NCBI GenBank assembly: GCA_964542765.1
Contig: CAZIVO010000001.1
Location: 390 to 64,389 of the forward strand
Length of the DNA: 64,000 bases
Direction of reading: 5' to 3'
DNA from: an uncultured candidatus Brocadiaceae bacterium
Lineage (GTDB): Bacteria; Planctomycetota; UBA1135; UBA2386
Shown here: positions 46,320 through 55,287 of the stretch, piece after piece
Position numbering within the stretch: position 1 is the stretch's first letter
Layout: the number at the start of each line of letters is the position of its first letter
The notes under the pieces: model-generated
What the model was told of the DNA's origin: nothing
Databases searched by the model: none
The model's input: only the letters and a program-made list of their open reading frames with translations
Translations under genes and position numbers: made by a program

Positions 46320-48362
46320 GTGATGTTGTGTTTGGCATGGGTCTTGTCCTCCTTGGCTGCGGCGCCGCAAGAATCTGCGGCGGTGACGCCGGCGCTGGCG
46401 CGTTTCCATGTCGAGAACCGATCATCGTGGCGGCGGCAGGAGATAGCGCGGGTCTCGATCCCTTTTGCCAGGGGCGAGCGCCGTCAGGCGAGACGGTTCG
46501 TCGTCGATGGTGCGGCGGTGCCCGCCGTGACCCTGATTCGCTGGCCCGATGATTCTGTCGCGGTGGCGCAGGTGCATGTGCCGATGGTGCTCGATTCCGG
46601 CCAGGAGCGTGAGGTGCTCGTTCACGAGCACACGGACTCGGCAAAGGACCACCCGGCATTCAAGCTGGCTTGGCATCTGCAGGAATTGGCCGTGCAGACC
46701 GAGGTTGTCGATCCCTGGGGAAGGGTGTTCGTGGCCCTGTTGCAGGTTGGGTCACCGGTTCCCCCGAGTTCGGATCTGGTACGGGTCCGCCCCCTGCGTG
46801 GTGTCCATCGCCATGCGGATGCCGGTCTCCTGGAGGTGCGCGGATGGCTGACGACCTTTCGCGGTGAGCGCCGGGCGGAACTGACGATCCTGCTCGACAA
46901 TGGCATGACCGAAACGAAGGCGCGAGCGCCGAGCCTCGGCCCCCTCCGCCTGAGCCGCTTTGCGATGGTTACGCCTGCGGGCTTGCGGGTGCGCCCGCGC
47001 CACACCGCAGAAAATCTGCTGAAGCCGCCCGAAGAGGTGGAGGGGGGAGGCTTTCGCCACATTCTGCTCGGCCCGTCCGAGCAGTCTTATCTCGGCGACC
47101 GCACGGGTAAGGCGTATCGCTTCGATCTCTTCCTCGATGGTGAGGGGGTCGGCGACGGTGAGCGTGAGTCAGCCATGGCTGTTGCCGAGGCTCCGCTGAG
47201 GCCCGTTCCCGGGCTTGATTGCGTGCGAGAGAGCGGAGCCTTCTCCGCCCATGGTGGTCCTGGCCCGGGCGGGCTCGACAGGACCGTCATCGTGGTGAAG
47301 CAGTGGCATGGGTCAGCGCGGTTCGGCCCGATGGCGGGGCATGGCGACTCCGAAGATAGCGCCGCACAGGGTACTCCGCGCAATGGTCCATCAGCCCTGC
47401 ACAATGCCGTGCGATGGCACTCCGCAGCCTTGCTGGATATTGCCGAGACCATGGTCTTGCAGCAGTGTCTGCGGCCGACTCCGGGCAGGAACCCTCGCTT
47501 GCCCGAGGTGGGTGAGCCCTGGCGCCAAGGCTTGTCGGCGCGGGCGATCGCACGCCCACATGGCTGGACTCCGCTGGACTACGAGCATGTTTCGGTCAAT
47601 CTTCTTTACGATTGGTTCTGGCTGACCGGAGATCCTCTGGCACGCGATGAACTGCGCCGGGTCGGCACTGGCCTGCGCCGATTGCTCGAGCATCTACCCT
47701 TCATGACTTCGCGCGGTGAGGGTTGGTGTCTGCAAGCCGGGGTCCTGATCGCGCGAGCGACCGGCGAGGACTCGATCGTGAAGTGGTTGGCGGAGCGTTT
47801 CCGCCAAGATGTGTTGCCCGTGCTCGGAGAGATCCCCGAACCCTTTGCGATCTCCCAGCCGGCGCACGAGTCAGCTTTCGGTCCTGGTGTTCGTTTCGAT
47901 GCCCCCTGGCAAATGGCAGCTCTCGTTCATGGTCTGCACGCGATTCATGCCGAGACAGGAGATGATGACATGGCTGCGGCCGCTGTTCGTGTGGCTCGGA
48001 TCATGGCCGGCCCGGGATGGCTCGAAGGTGTCGGGCCCAAGTATCTGGTCAGCGCCACCGATGCCGCCCGGCACTCCATGCCGGTCGGTCATGGCCCGCT
48101 CCACGGGACGGCAGTGATGGAAGTCGGCGCCTTCGTTCTCGCCGCTGATCTGGCGACGAGCCTGGGCGATGGTGCGAATGCGGGATTGTTCCGCAGTCGT
48201 GCGGCAACGATTGCGCGAGCACAAACCGACACGGTTGAAGCGCGGTCGAATGTCTGGATGCAGTTGTGGCTCGATCGCGGCACACCATCGGTAAGAGAAA
48301 TTGTCGATGACGAGGCGAAGGATGGCAGGGGCGGGGAAGAATCTCGTGACGGCCATCCTTAG
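46320..48362 (+). CDS. large secreted hypothetical protein (beta N-domain + alpha/alpha-toroid-like C-domain; possible polysaccharide lyase/hydrolase-like)
   Basis: Signal-like N-terminus MMLCLAWVLSSLAAAPQ. The N-terminal pattern VSIPFARGE....WPDDSVAVAQVHV and the later helical LLYDWFWLTGDP recall lyase/hydrolase toroids. The fold call is weak. Confidence 0.55.
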   Translation: MMLCLAWVLSSLAAAPQESAAVTPALARFHVENRSSWRRQEIARVSIPFARGERRQARRFVVDGAAVPAVTLIRWPDDSVAVAQVHVPMVLDSGQEREVLVHEHTDSAKDHPAFKLAWHLQELAVQTEVVDPWGRVFVALLQVGSPVPPSSDLVRVRPLRGVHRHADAGLLEVRGWLTTFRGERRAELTILLDNGMTETKARAPSLGPLRLSRFAMVTPAGLRVRPRHTAENLLKPPEEVEGGGFRHILLGPSEQSYLGDRTGKAYRFDLFLDGEGVGDGERESAMAVAEAPLRPVPGLDCVRESGAFSAHGGPGPGGLDRTVIVVKQWHGSARFGPMAGHGDSEDSAAQGTPRNGPSALHNAVRWHSAALLDIAETMVLQQCLRPTPGRNPRLPEVGEPWRQGLSARAIARPHGWTPLDYEHVSVNLLYDWFWLTGDPLARDELRRVGTGLRRLLEHLPFMTSRGEGWCLQAGVLIARATGEDSIVKWLAERFRQDVLPVLGEIPEPFAISQPAHESAFGPGVRFDAPWQMAALVHGLHAIHAETGDDDMAAAAVRVARIMAGPGWLEGVGPKYLVSATDAARHSMPVGHGPLHGTAVMEVGAFVLAADLATSLGDGANAGLFRSRAATIARAQTDTVEARSNVWMQLWLDRGTPSVREIVDDEAKDGRGGEESRDGHP

Positions 48363-48391
48363 GCCTCGGCTCCCTCATCGGGTGTTGCCGA

Positions 48392-50665
48392 TCAGTAGAT
48401 CACGGTGGTGAGGACGTTGGTGGCCGTCAGTGGCAGCTTGAGATTGTTGGGATCGTAGGAGACCCCTTGCCAGTAACACTGCATGGCGGGGATGTTCTTG
48501 GAGAAGGTGAAGTTGAGTTTTCCATGACCGTTGGCGCCGGCGCTCAGGGTGAAGGCCTCGAGCAGATTGGTGAATCCGTTGCCGATCGAAAGGTTGACGA
48601 GGCCTGATAGGCGGCTCGGACGGTTGCTCAGCGAGACCAGGACGAGAGACTTCCAGTGACTGCCACTGTGGATTTCGAATGGTTTGGAGGGAAAGCCTCG
48701 CAGCACGATGGTTGGCCCACCGAGGACTCCGGGGTGATTGCCGGTCACGGAGAGATTTAGCGGATTGCTTTGGCCGGCCGCATTGGAGACCAGAATCTGG
48801 TGTTTGCCGATGTTGTGAGGGCTCGGCGGGGTCAATTTCAGCGTCGTGTTGTTGACGATGCGAAAGTTGGAGACAGATTTTCCTCCCAGGGTCAGCTGGG
48901 AGATGCGACCGAGATTGCTACCGGTCAGCGTGACTTCCCTGGGCTGCCAGGAGGTCACTGACGATGGGCTGATCGACGTCAGTTTCGGTTGCTTTACCGA
49001 GCCTCCCTTGCCCAGCCCGCTGACTGCGAATTCTACCGACCATGTCCCGAAGGTCGGCGCGTTCGTCCAGGTTGCGACGAGGCGGTAGGTTCCGGATTTC
49101 GGCGTGAAGGTGATCTTCTCGTAGCTGTTGTACTTGCTGGTGTCGGAACCGACGAGTTTGTTGGCGGCATCGAAGATGGCGAGGTCGAGATCGTAGGGCA
49201 CCATCCCGTTCTTGCGCATCCACGTCATCGTCACGGACAAGGGCACGCCAGCTTTGGGCGTGAAACTCGCCGTCCAGGTTTTGTTCGGTGTGGTGATCCT
49301 GTCGGTGCGGTAATCCACGGCCAGCGCAGCCTTCACGGCCTGGTCGCAATCGAGAATGCCGCAGCCGTACGAGTTGCGCTTGGTCTGGGCGCCCTTCGTC
49401 GAGTTGAGGAGGATAGCTTTCGCTTCGCAGGCACTCATCTTTGCATCGACCTGTCGCACCAGCGCCGCACCACCGGCGACCATGGGCGCGGACATGGAGG
49501 TGCCGCTATTGATGACTGTCGAGCTTTCATTGTCCGGGGCGAGCGACCGCACCGTATCCCCGACGGCAACAATGTCCGGGTAACGTCGCGGCCACCGAGA
49601 ATTTTGGATCGGTCCCAGCGCAGAAAAGGCCGAGATGCTCAGGCTCGACTTGTCGATCGATCCGACGGCGAGACCGTTCCAACCATTCTGGCTTCTGGTG
49701 GTGTTGCTGCCGCTGTTGCCGGCGGAAACGGTGATCAGGACGTCGGCGTTGTAAGCGGCATTGTCCAGCGCGATCTGGACGGGGTGGCCGATGTCGGGAG
49801 ATCCGGAGAAGGAGTTGTTGGCGACGGCGATGTGATGCTTGGTTCGGTTGGTCGCCACCCACTGCCATGCGCTGATGATCGAACTGTCGAGAGCTGAGCA
49901 GTTAGGGTTATCGGAGATCTTGACTCCCACGAGCCATGCTTCGGGAGCGATACCCTCATCCTTGTCCCAGGCGTTCGCGACCGAGCCACTGACGTGGGTG
50001 CCATGCCCGCAGATATCTTCGCTGCCGTGGCTGCTGGTGCCGGTGGCTACCAGCAGGCGGCTGCCCTGGATCCCACCCCCCTTGCGGTCGCTGGGATTCC
50101 CGTCCCGGTAGTATCCGCGGTGGGGCCGATTCGAGGTTGCCATGCTGGCGTCCACCCCGGTGTCGAGGATGGCCACGGCGACGCCCCGACCCTCGATCTC
50201 TACCCCTTTGGTCGTTTTACGGTCGTTGGCATCCTTGGCGTTGTGATGGGTTCTGTCCCGGGCGACGCGATTGGTTGGGCGACGGTAGAGATCGGGTGAC
50301 AGCCGTTCGATATTGTTCAGCGCGCGCAGCTTGGCGGTTTGCGCATCCGGAAGTTTCACGGCGGCGCCGTTGATGATCCACCATTGCTGCGTCACCGCGC
50401 CGCCCATCGCTTCCACGGCATGAACGAAATCCGCCTGATCGCGACGGACAGCCTCGTCGAGCCTGCTCACGATGGTGGCGATCTCGGCGGCCGGCCGCCG
50501 GCTGGTGATCGCCGCCCGAAACGCTTCGAGATCGAAGCTGCGGGCACGGAAGGTCACGATCCAGCGCGTGGTAGGAGCCTTCTCGACCTCGGGCTCTTGC
50601 GCTGCCGGCAGGCCGGCTAGCAGGGCGAGGGTGACGAGTTTGCAGGCGTGGAGACCCAGAGTCAT
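48392..50665 (-). CDS. secreted S8 (subtilisin) serine peptidase with I9-like propeptide, IPT/TIG domain and the shared C-terminal module
   Basis: Signal peptide MTLGLHACKLVTLALLAGLPAAQ. Catalytic triad motifs VAILDTGVD, HGTHVSG and SGTSMSAPMVAG. IPT-like segment PKLTSISPSSV...LTGSNL. The tail spans 48392-48742. Confidence 0.85.
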   Translation of the reverse strand: MTLGLHACKLVTLALLAGLPAAQEPEVEKAPTTRWIVTFRARSFDLEAFRAAITSRRPAAEIATIVSRLDEAVRRDQADFVHAVEAMGGAVTQQWWIINGAAVKLPDAQTAKLRALNNIERLSPDLYRRPTNRVARDRTHHNAKDANDRKTTKGVEIEGRGVAVAILDTGVDASMATSNRPHRGYYRDGNPSDRKGGGIQGSRLLVATGTSSHGSEDICGHGTHVSGSVANAWDKDEGIAPEAWLVGVKISDNPNCSALDSSIISAWQWVATNRTKHHIAVANNSFSGSPDIGHPVQIALDNAAYNADVLITVSAGNSGSNTTRSQNGWNGLAVGSIDKSSLSISAFSALGPIQNSRWPRRYPDIVAVGDTVRSLAPDNESSTVINSGTSMSAPMVAGGAALVRQVDAKMSACEAKAILLNSTKGAQTKRNSYGCGILDCDQAVKAALAVDYRTDRITTPNKTWTASFTPKAGVPLSVTMTWMRKNGMVPYDLDLAIFDAANKLVGSDTSKYNSYEKITFTPKSGTYRLVATWTNAPTFGTWSVEFAVSGLGKGGSVKQPKLTSISPSSVTSWQPREVTLTGSNLGRISQLTLGGKSVSNFRIVNNTTLKLTPPSPHNIGKHQILVSNAAGQSNPLNLSVTGNHPGVLGGPTIVLRGFPSKPFEIHSGSHWKSLVLVSLSNRPSRLSGLVNLSIGNGFTNLLEAFTLSAGANGHGKLNFTFSKNIPAMQCYWQGVSYDPNNLKLPLTATNVLTTVIY

Positions 50666-50885
50666 TGGTGTCAGATCGTGAGTTCGGGCGATGGTGCTTT
50701 CGCCGATGAGGCCGAGAAACGGGCTCCAAAGTCTACCCCGCAATGACCGTGCTGTGCGCCGTTCCGTATGCGACAGGCGCGCGCCGTGCGGATTTCCGGT
50801 GCGGTTGGGTTGCCGGGCGCTGTCAGTCCCATCAGAGCGAGGTTTGGAGCCCTGTGAGGTGCCTGCTGACTCTTTCGGGAACCTC

Positions 50886-53162
50886 TCAAAAGATGGAGGT
50901 GGTGAGGACGTTGGTCGTTTCCAGCGGGGTTTGCAGCCGCTTCGGATCGAAGGGGATGGTCTGAAAGAAGATCGCCTGGGAGAGGATGTTCTTGGGGATG
51001 TTCAGGATCAGCTGGGCATGGCCGCGGCCATCGCACTTGAGATTGGCGACTTCCCACAGGGCCAAGAAATGGCTGCCGATACCGAGGTCGACGACGTTGG
51101 GGATGCGGCTTGGCACCTTGTAAGGAGACAGCAGGACGAGGGCCCGCCAGCCGGCGTCGCTGTAGATGTCGTAGGGCGAGGTCTTGCTTCCGCGCATCAC
51201 GATGGCCGGCCCCTCGAAGGTGCCGGGATGGCTACCGTGGATGTTCATGGTCAGCGCGTTGCTGGTGCCGCAACTGGTTGTGATGTTCACCAGCCGAAGG
51301 CCGATGGTGGTGGGTTTGGGCAGGAGGAAGGAAATCTTGGTCGGCGAAGTCGCCGTGAATGTTCGCACGTCTTGATCGCCGACCGAAATCTTGAGGATGG
51401 TATTGAAGTTGGTACCGGTCAAGGTGATCGACCGTGCCGTCTGGTGGGATGCTGTGTTCGGGCTGACGCCGGTCAAGACTGGCTTGCTGAGGCAGGGTTT
51501 GCCGAGGCCGGAAATCGCGAAGTTCACGCTGCGGTTGCCATAGATGGGGTTCGTCCAGGCGATGTCGGCGCGGTAGAGAGCGGTCCGCACGGGCGTGAAG
51601 GAAACCTTCTCGTAGCCGTTGACAGGATTCAGATCGCCGACGACGAGCGCGCCACGGTCATCGTAGATCCGAAGATCGAGATTGTCGGGGATTTCTCGGT
51701 CTCGCCGCAGCCAGGTCAAGGTGACTGTTTTGGTGATTCCCTTGAGGACGCCGAAGGTGATCCGGCGGAGTTTCACCGGGTTGGTCATGCGCCCGGATTG
51801 CACGTCGCCGGTGAGGGCGGCAGTCACTGCGCGGTCGCAGCGCAAGACGCCAAGACCGTAGGCATTGCGATCCTTCTTGGGGGCTTCGGTCGTGTTCAAA
51901 AGGATCGCCTTGGTCTCGATGGCTGACAGGCGCGGTTCGGCTTGGCGAATCAGCGCGGCAGTGCCGGCCACGAGGGGAGCGGCGAAGGATGTGCCGCTCG
52001 CCTGGCTGAAGGTCTGCTCGCTGTTTTGCAGGGTGCAGTAGAGGTCTTTTCCGACAGCGACCATATCGGGATAGGTGCGTGCCGAACCGTGGAGAGGCCC
52101 TTGTGCGGAGAAGCTCGAGACAGTCTTGCTCTTCTTGTCGACGGAGCCGACGGCGATGCCGTTGAAGGCGCTTTGGCTGGCTGTCGTTGTCGCCGCCTTG
52201 TTGCCGGCGGACACCGTGATCAAGACGTCTGCATTGCGTGCGGTTGAATCGAGCGCTAATTGCACGGGGTCGTCGAGCTTCGGCGATCCGGAGAAGGAGT
52301 TGTTGGCGACGGCGATGTTGTGTGCGACGCGATGTCGAGCGACGAGTTGCCACGCGCTGATGATCCAACTGCTGAAGGCCTCCCCCTTGTTGTTGGCCAT
52401 CTTGATGCTGACGACCCAGGCTCCTGGAGCAACGCCATCATCGATCCGTGGGTCCGGGTCCCAGTTGTTGGCATTGGCGCAACCTGAAACAAAGGTGCCG
52501 TGCCCATGCTGGTCTTCGGTGCCCAGATTGCTGGTTCCCAGCTGGGCCTTGATGAGGCTTCCCTTGTACCCGCCTCCGGTGTGGTTGCTGGGATTGCCCC
52601 CCCGATAGTAGGCGCGGTGGGGCCGTCCCGTTCCGCCCATGTCCGCGTCGATACCAGTGTCCAAAATGGCGATGGCCAAACCATCGCCGCGAACATTCTT
52701 GCCGCCGACCATCATCTGGTTGGCCTGGTCGGCGCGGTGGTGACTCAAGCCGGTGGCTTCGCGCAGTGTGGCGCGGTGGATGGTGTCGGGAACGAGGCGG
52801 CGAATGTTCGCCAGTTGTTCGATTTCGGTGAGTCGGTTGGACGGGATTTCGATGGCGGCTCCATTGATGACCCACCACTGGTGGCGGACCTTTCCGCCGG
52901 CGGCCGCGACCGCCTCGACGAAGGCTTCTTGATCGCGCAGTACGGCGGCATCGAGATCTGCCACCAGGCGTTCGATCTCCGCAGCCGATCGGCGTTCGAG
53001 GATGGCCTCGCGAAACCCTGTGAGATCGAAGGATCGCTGTTCGAACAGCGCGATCACCTTGCGGGTCCGTGGTTCGGCCTGATCCTGGGCGGCGAGGATG
53101 GCTGATGAAGCCAGCCAGGCGCCTGCCAGGAGGGCGGGGATATTGATGTGTCGAGGCGTCAA
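50886..53162 (-). CDS. secreted S8 (subtilisin) serine peptidase, tandem paralog of 48392..50665 with the same architecture
   Basis: TTG start at 53162 (no in-frame ATG nearby). Catalytic triad motifs IAILDTGID, HGHGTFVSG and SGTSFAAPLVAG, followed by an IPT-like domain. The tail spans 50886-51236. Confidence 0.85.
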   Translation of the reverse strand: MTPRHINIPALLAGAWLASSAILAAQDQAEPRTRKVIALFEQRSFDLTGFREAILERRSAAEIERLVADLDAAVLRDQEAFVEAVAAAGGKVRHQWWVINGAAIEIPSNRLTEIEQLANIRRLVPDTIHRATLREATGLSHHRADQANQMMVGGKNVRGDGLAIAILDTGIDADMGGTGRPHRAYYRGGNPSNHTGGGYKGSLIKAQLGTSNLGTEDQHGHGTFVSGCANANNWDPDPRIDDGVAPGAWVVSIKMANNKGEAFSSWIISAWQLVARHRVAHNIAVANNSFSGSPKLDDPVQLALDSTARNADVLITVSAGNKAATTTASQSAFNGIAVGSVDKKSKTVSSFSAQGPLHGSARTYPDMVAVGKDLYCTLQNSEQTFSQASGTSFAAPLVAGTAALIRQAEPRLSAIETKAILLNTTEAPKKDRNAYGLGVLRCDRAVTAALTGDVQSGRMTNPVKLRRITFGVLKGITKTVTLTWLRRDREIPDNLDLRIYDDRGALVVGDLNPVNGYEKVSFTPVRTALYRADIAWTNPIYGNRSVNFAISGLGKPCLSKPVLTGVSPNTASHQTARSITLTGTNFNTILKISVGDQDVRTFTATSPTKISFLLPKPTTIGLRLVNITTSCGTSNALTMNIHGSHPGTFEGPAIVMRGSKTSPYDIYSDAGWRALVLLSPYKVPSRIPNVVDLGIGSHFLALWEVANLKCDGRGHAQLILNIPKNILSQAIFFQTIPFDPKRLQTPLETTNVLTTSIF

Positions 53163-53345
53163 GGGAGGAGATGCTCGGTAGAGGCGGACCGATGGCGACC
53201 CGCCGCTGCGAAATACAATTTCTGTAGACCGATAACCTAACAGTCTTTTTTTGGCGGCACCAGCCCCCCCCGGAGGGGGCGGTCAGAGGATCTAAGAGGC
53301 CGGGTGGCCACACGGCGCTGGCGACGATCGCGGGCTGCAGGCATC

Positions 53346-53687
53346 ATGCTTTCGATGCGTCTTGCACCAGTGCTATCGGGCTTCCCCATCCTCGCGATCT
53401 TCATCGTATGGGGCGCTGCCTGCTCTTCTCCTCAGGAGGGCGGGGATCTGGCGGTGGGTGTCCCTACCCGGGTGGTGGTCCTGGAGGAGGGTTTCGTGCG
53501 GTTCGAGGGGCAAAGAATGGCTCAGGAGGCCTTCTTTCTGGAGATCCGGACCCGGGTTCGGGCCGTGGACCCCCGGCCCGAACTTCTGCCCTGGGTCATC
53601 GTCCTTGCCGAGGCCCCCTTGCCGCCGGGCTTCACGGTGGAGTTGCGCAATGCAGGGGTCCAGCACATCCGGCTGGGGGACGGCTGA
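53346..53687 (+). CDS. small lipoprotein, ExbD/TolR-like fold possible
   Basis: Lipobox in MLSMRLAPVLSGFPILAIFIVWGAAC. The start could be 53304, 53346 or 53355. The fold suggestion is by-eye only. Confidence 0.45.
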   Translation: MLSMRLAPVLSGFPILAIFIVWGAACSSPQEGGDLAVGVPTRVVVLEEGFVRFEGQRMAQEAFFLEIRTRVRAVDPRPELLPWVIVLAEAPLPPGFTVELRNAGVQHIRLGDG

Positions 53688-53699
53688 ACGCAGCGAGAT

Positions 53700-54353
53700 A
53701 TGGACCGTCCCGACCTCGTGATCTTCGATATCGATGGTACCCTTCAGGATACCTGTAGCTGGTGGCCCCGGGTCTTGCGCGCAGGCTTGATCCGATTCCA
53801 GGAGCAGTGCGGTCTGGATCTTCCTTCGCCGAGTGATGATGAGGCGAATGCTGTCATCGGCTGCAAGAACGAAGGGGTTTGGGCCCCCTTTGTTCCCGGC
53901 CACGAGGATTTGTGGAGCGATCTTCGTGCCGTGGTCCTGCCGATGGAGGTCGATGCCATGACCGCTGGAGGTGACACTCTCTTTGCGGGTGCGCGCGACC
54001 TGTTGCGCCAGCTCCGAGGCCGAGGAGCGAATCTGGCGCTCGCCAGCAACTGTCATTCGACTTATCTCGCGGGCGTTTGCCGTGGGCAGAACCTCGACGA
54101 GTTGACCGACCATCAGTTCTGTCTCGACAGTCCCGGGGTCGCTTGCAAGGCGGACATGTTGCGGTTGGCGATCGAGGCTACCGGGGCCCGGAAGGCGGTC
54201 ATGGTGGGGGATCGAAACAATGACGCTGAGGCGGCTGCTGTCGCGGGCATCCCCTTTGTCTGGCGGGTCAACGAGCATGCGACCATGTCGGGTGATCCGA
54301 TCCGCTGGGATGGCGGTACGGCTGAGTTGCTGGAGATCTTGCAATTCGCGTAA
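53700..54353 (+). CDS. HAD-superfamily hydrolase (phosphoglycolate-phosphatase-like)
   Basis: Motif I VIFDIDGTL, motif II LASN and motif IV VGDRNNDAEAA. Confidence 0.8.
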   Translation: MDRPDLVIFDIDGTLQDTCSWWPRVLRAGLIRFQEQCGLDLPSPSDDEANAVIGCKNEGVWAPFVPGHEDLWSDLRAVVLPMEVDAMTAGGDTLFAGARDLLRQLRGRGANLALASNCHSTYLAGVCRGQNLDELTDHQFCLDSPGVACKADMLRLAIEATGARKAVMVGDRNNDAEAAAVAGIPFVWRVNEHATMSGDPIRWDGGTAELLEILQFA

Positions 54354-54429
54354 TGGGTGGGTGGGCGATCGCATCAGGAGGCGGGCCATTGCAGGTCCGA
54401 GCCCGCAGATCTGTTAGCATCGCCTGAGC

Positions 54430-55287
54430 ATGGACGAGCCCGTTCACGACATCTTCGAGGAGATCGTTCGGTTGCGCCGAGAAGGTGTGCCGGCGGCGCT
54501 CGCGACCATCGTTTCTACCCGGGGATCGACCCCGGGCCGGGAGAGTATGCGGTTGCTCGTGCTCGAAGACGGGACCTTTCTCGGGACGGTGGGTGGTGGT
54601 TGCCTCGAGGCCGAGGTGTATGAGGCGGCCAAGGAGGTGATCGCCGACGAGACGCCGCGCTCGCTGTCCTTTCGCCTGACCGAGAACGGCGCTCCGGATT
54701 CGGGCCTTCTGTGCGGCGGCGAGGTCACGATCTTCGTGGAACCGGTCACGACGCCGACACTGTGGATCTTCGGCGGTGGGCATGTCAGCAAGGCCTTGTG
54801 CCAGGTGGCGGCACTGGCGGGTTTTCGCGTGACGGTCGTCGATGATCGCGAGCGATATGCCTGCGCCGAGCGCTTTCCTCAGGCATCGGCCACCGTGGTC
54901 AGGCCTTACCCTGAGGCTGTCGCCGAGATGCCGCTCCGCGCGAACAGCTACGGTGTCATCGTCACTCGAGGGCACCAAGAAGACGCGACTGTCTTGCGGG
55001 CGCTTGCCTCTCGTTTTGCTGAGGGCGAGCACTTGCACTTTTTGGGCATGATCGGAAGCAAGGTGAAGCGCGGCATTCTGCTGGGCAAACTTCGTCGTGA
55101 TGGGGTCGCGGAAGAGTTTCTCTCGACCGTCCGTTCGCCGGTCGGTTTGAACCTCGGCGGTCGGACTCATGAGGAAATTGCGGTGGCGGTGGTCGGAGAG
55201 TTGATCGCGGTGCGCCGAACGGGTCGGGATGCGCGGGAGTCCTGGGCGGGACACAGGCGCCAGAATCATTCCCGCACCGGGATCTGA
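54430..55287 (+). CDS. XdhC/CoxI-family molybdoenzyme maturation accessory protein
   Basis: Contains ALATIVSTRGSTPG and GTVGGGCLE, then a Rossmann-like LWIFGGGHVSKALCQVAALAGFRVTVVDDR. Confidence 0.8.
   Translation: MDEPVHDIFEEIVRLRREGVPAALATIVSTRGSTPGRESMRLLVLEDGTFLGTVGGGCLEAEVYEAAKEVIADETPRSLSFRLTENGAPDSGLLCGGEVTIFVEPVTTPTLWIFGGGHVSKALCQVAALAGFRVTVVDDRERYACAERFPQASATVVRPYPEAVAEMPLRANSYGVIVTRGHQEDATVLRALASRFAEGEHLHFLGMIGSKVKRGILLGKLRRDGVAEEFLSTVRSPVGLNLGGRTHEEIAVAVVGELIAVRRTGRDARESWAGHRRQNHSRTGI

Noticed and set aside
17050-53162. Calling the shared C-terminal module a T9SS (Por) C-terminal domain or a PEP-CTERM/LPXTG-type signal.
   Set aside because: It has no TM-plus-basic tail, and no PEP or LPXTG motif. 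The conserved blocks ([YFW]xQ...DP...L...I[YF]) do not match my recollection of TIGR04183-type CTDs, and no T9SS genes are in the window. It is left as an unassigned module pending HMM and structure searches.
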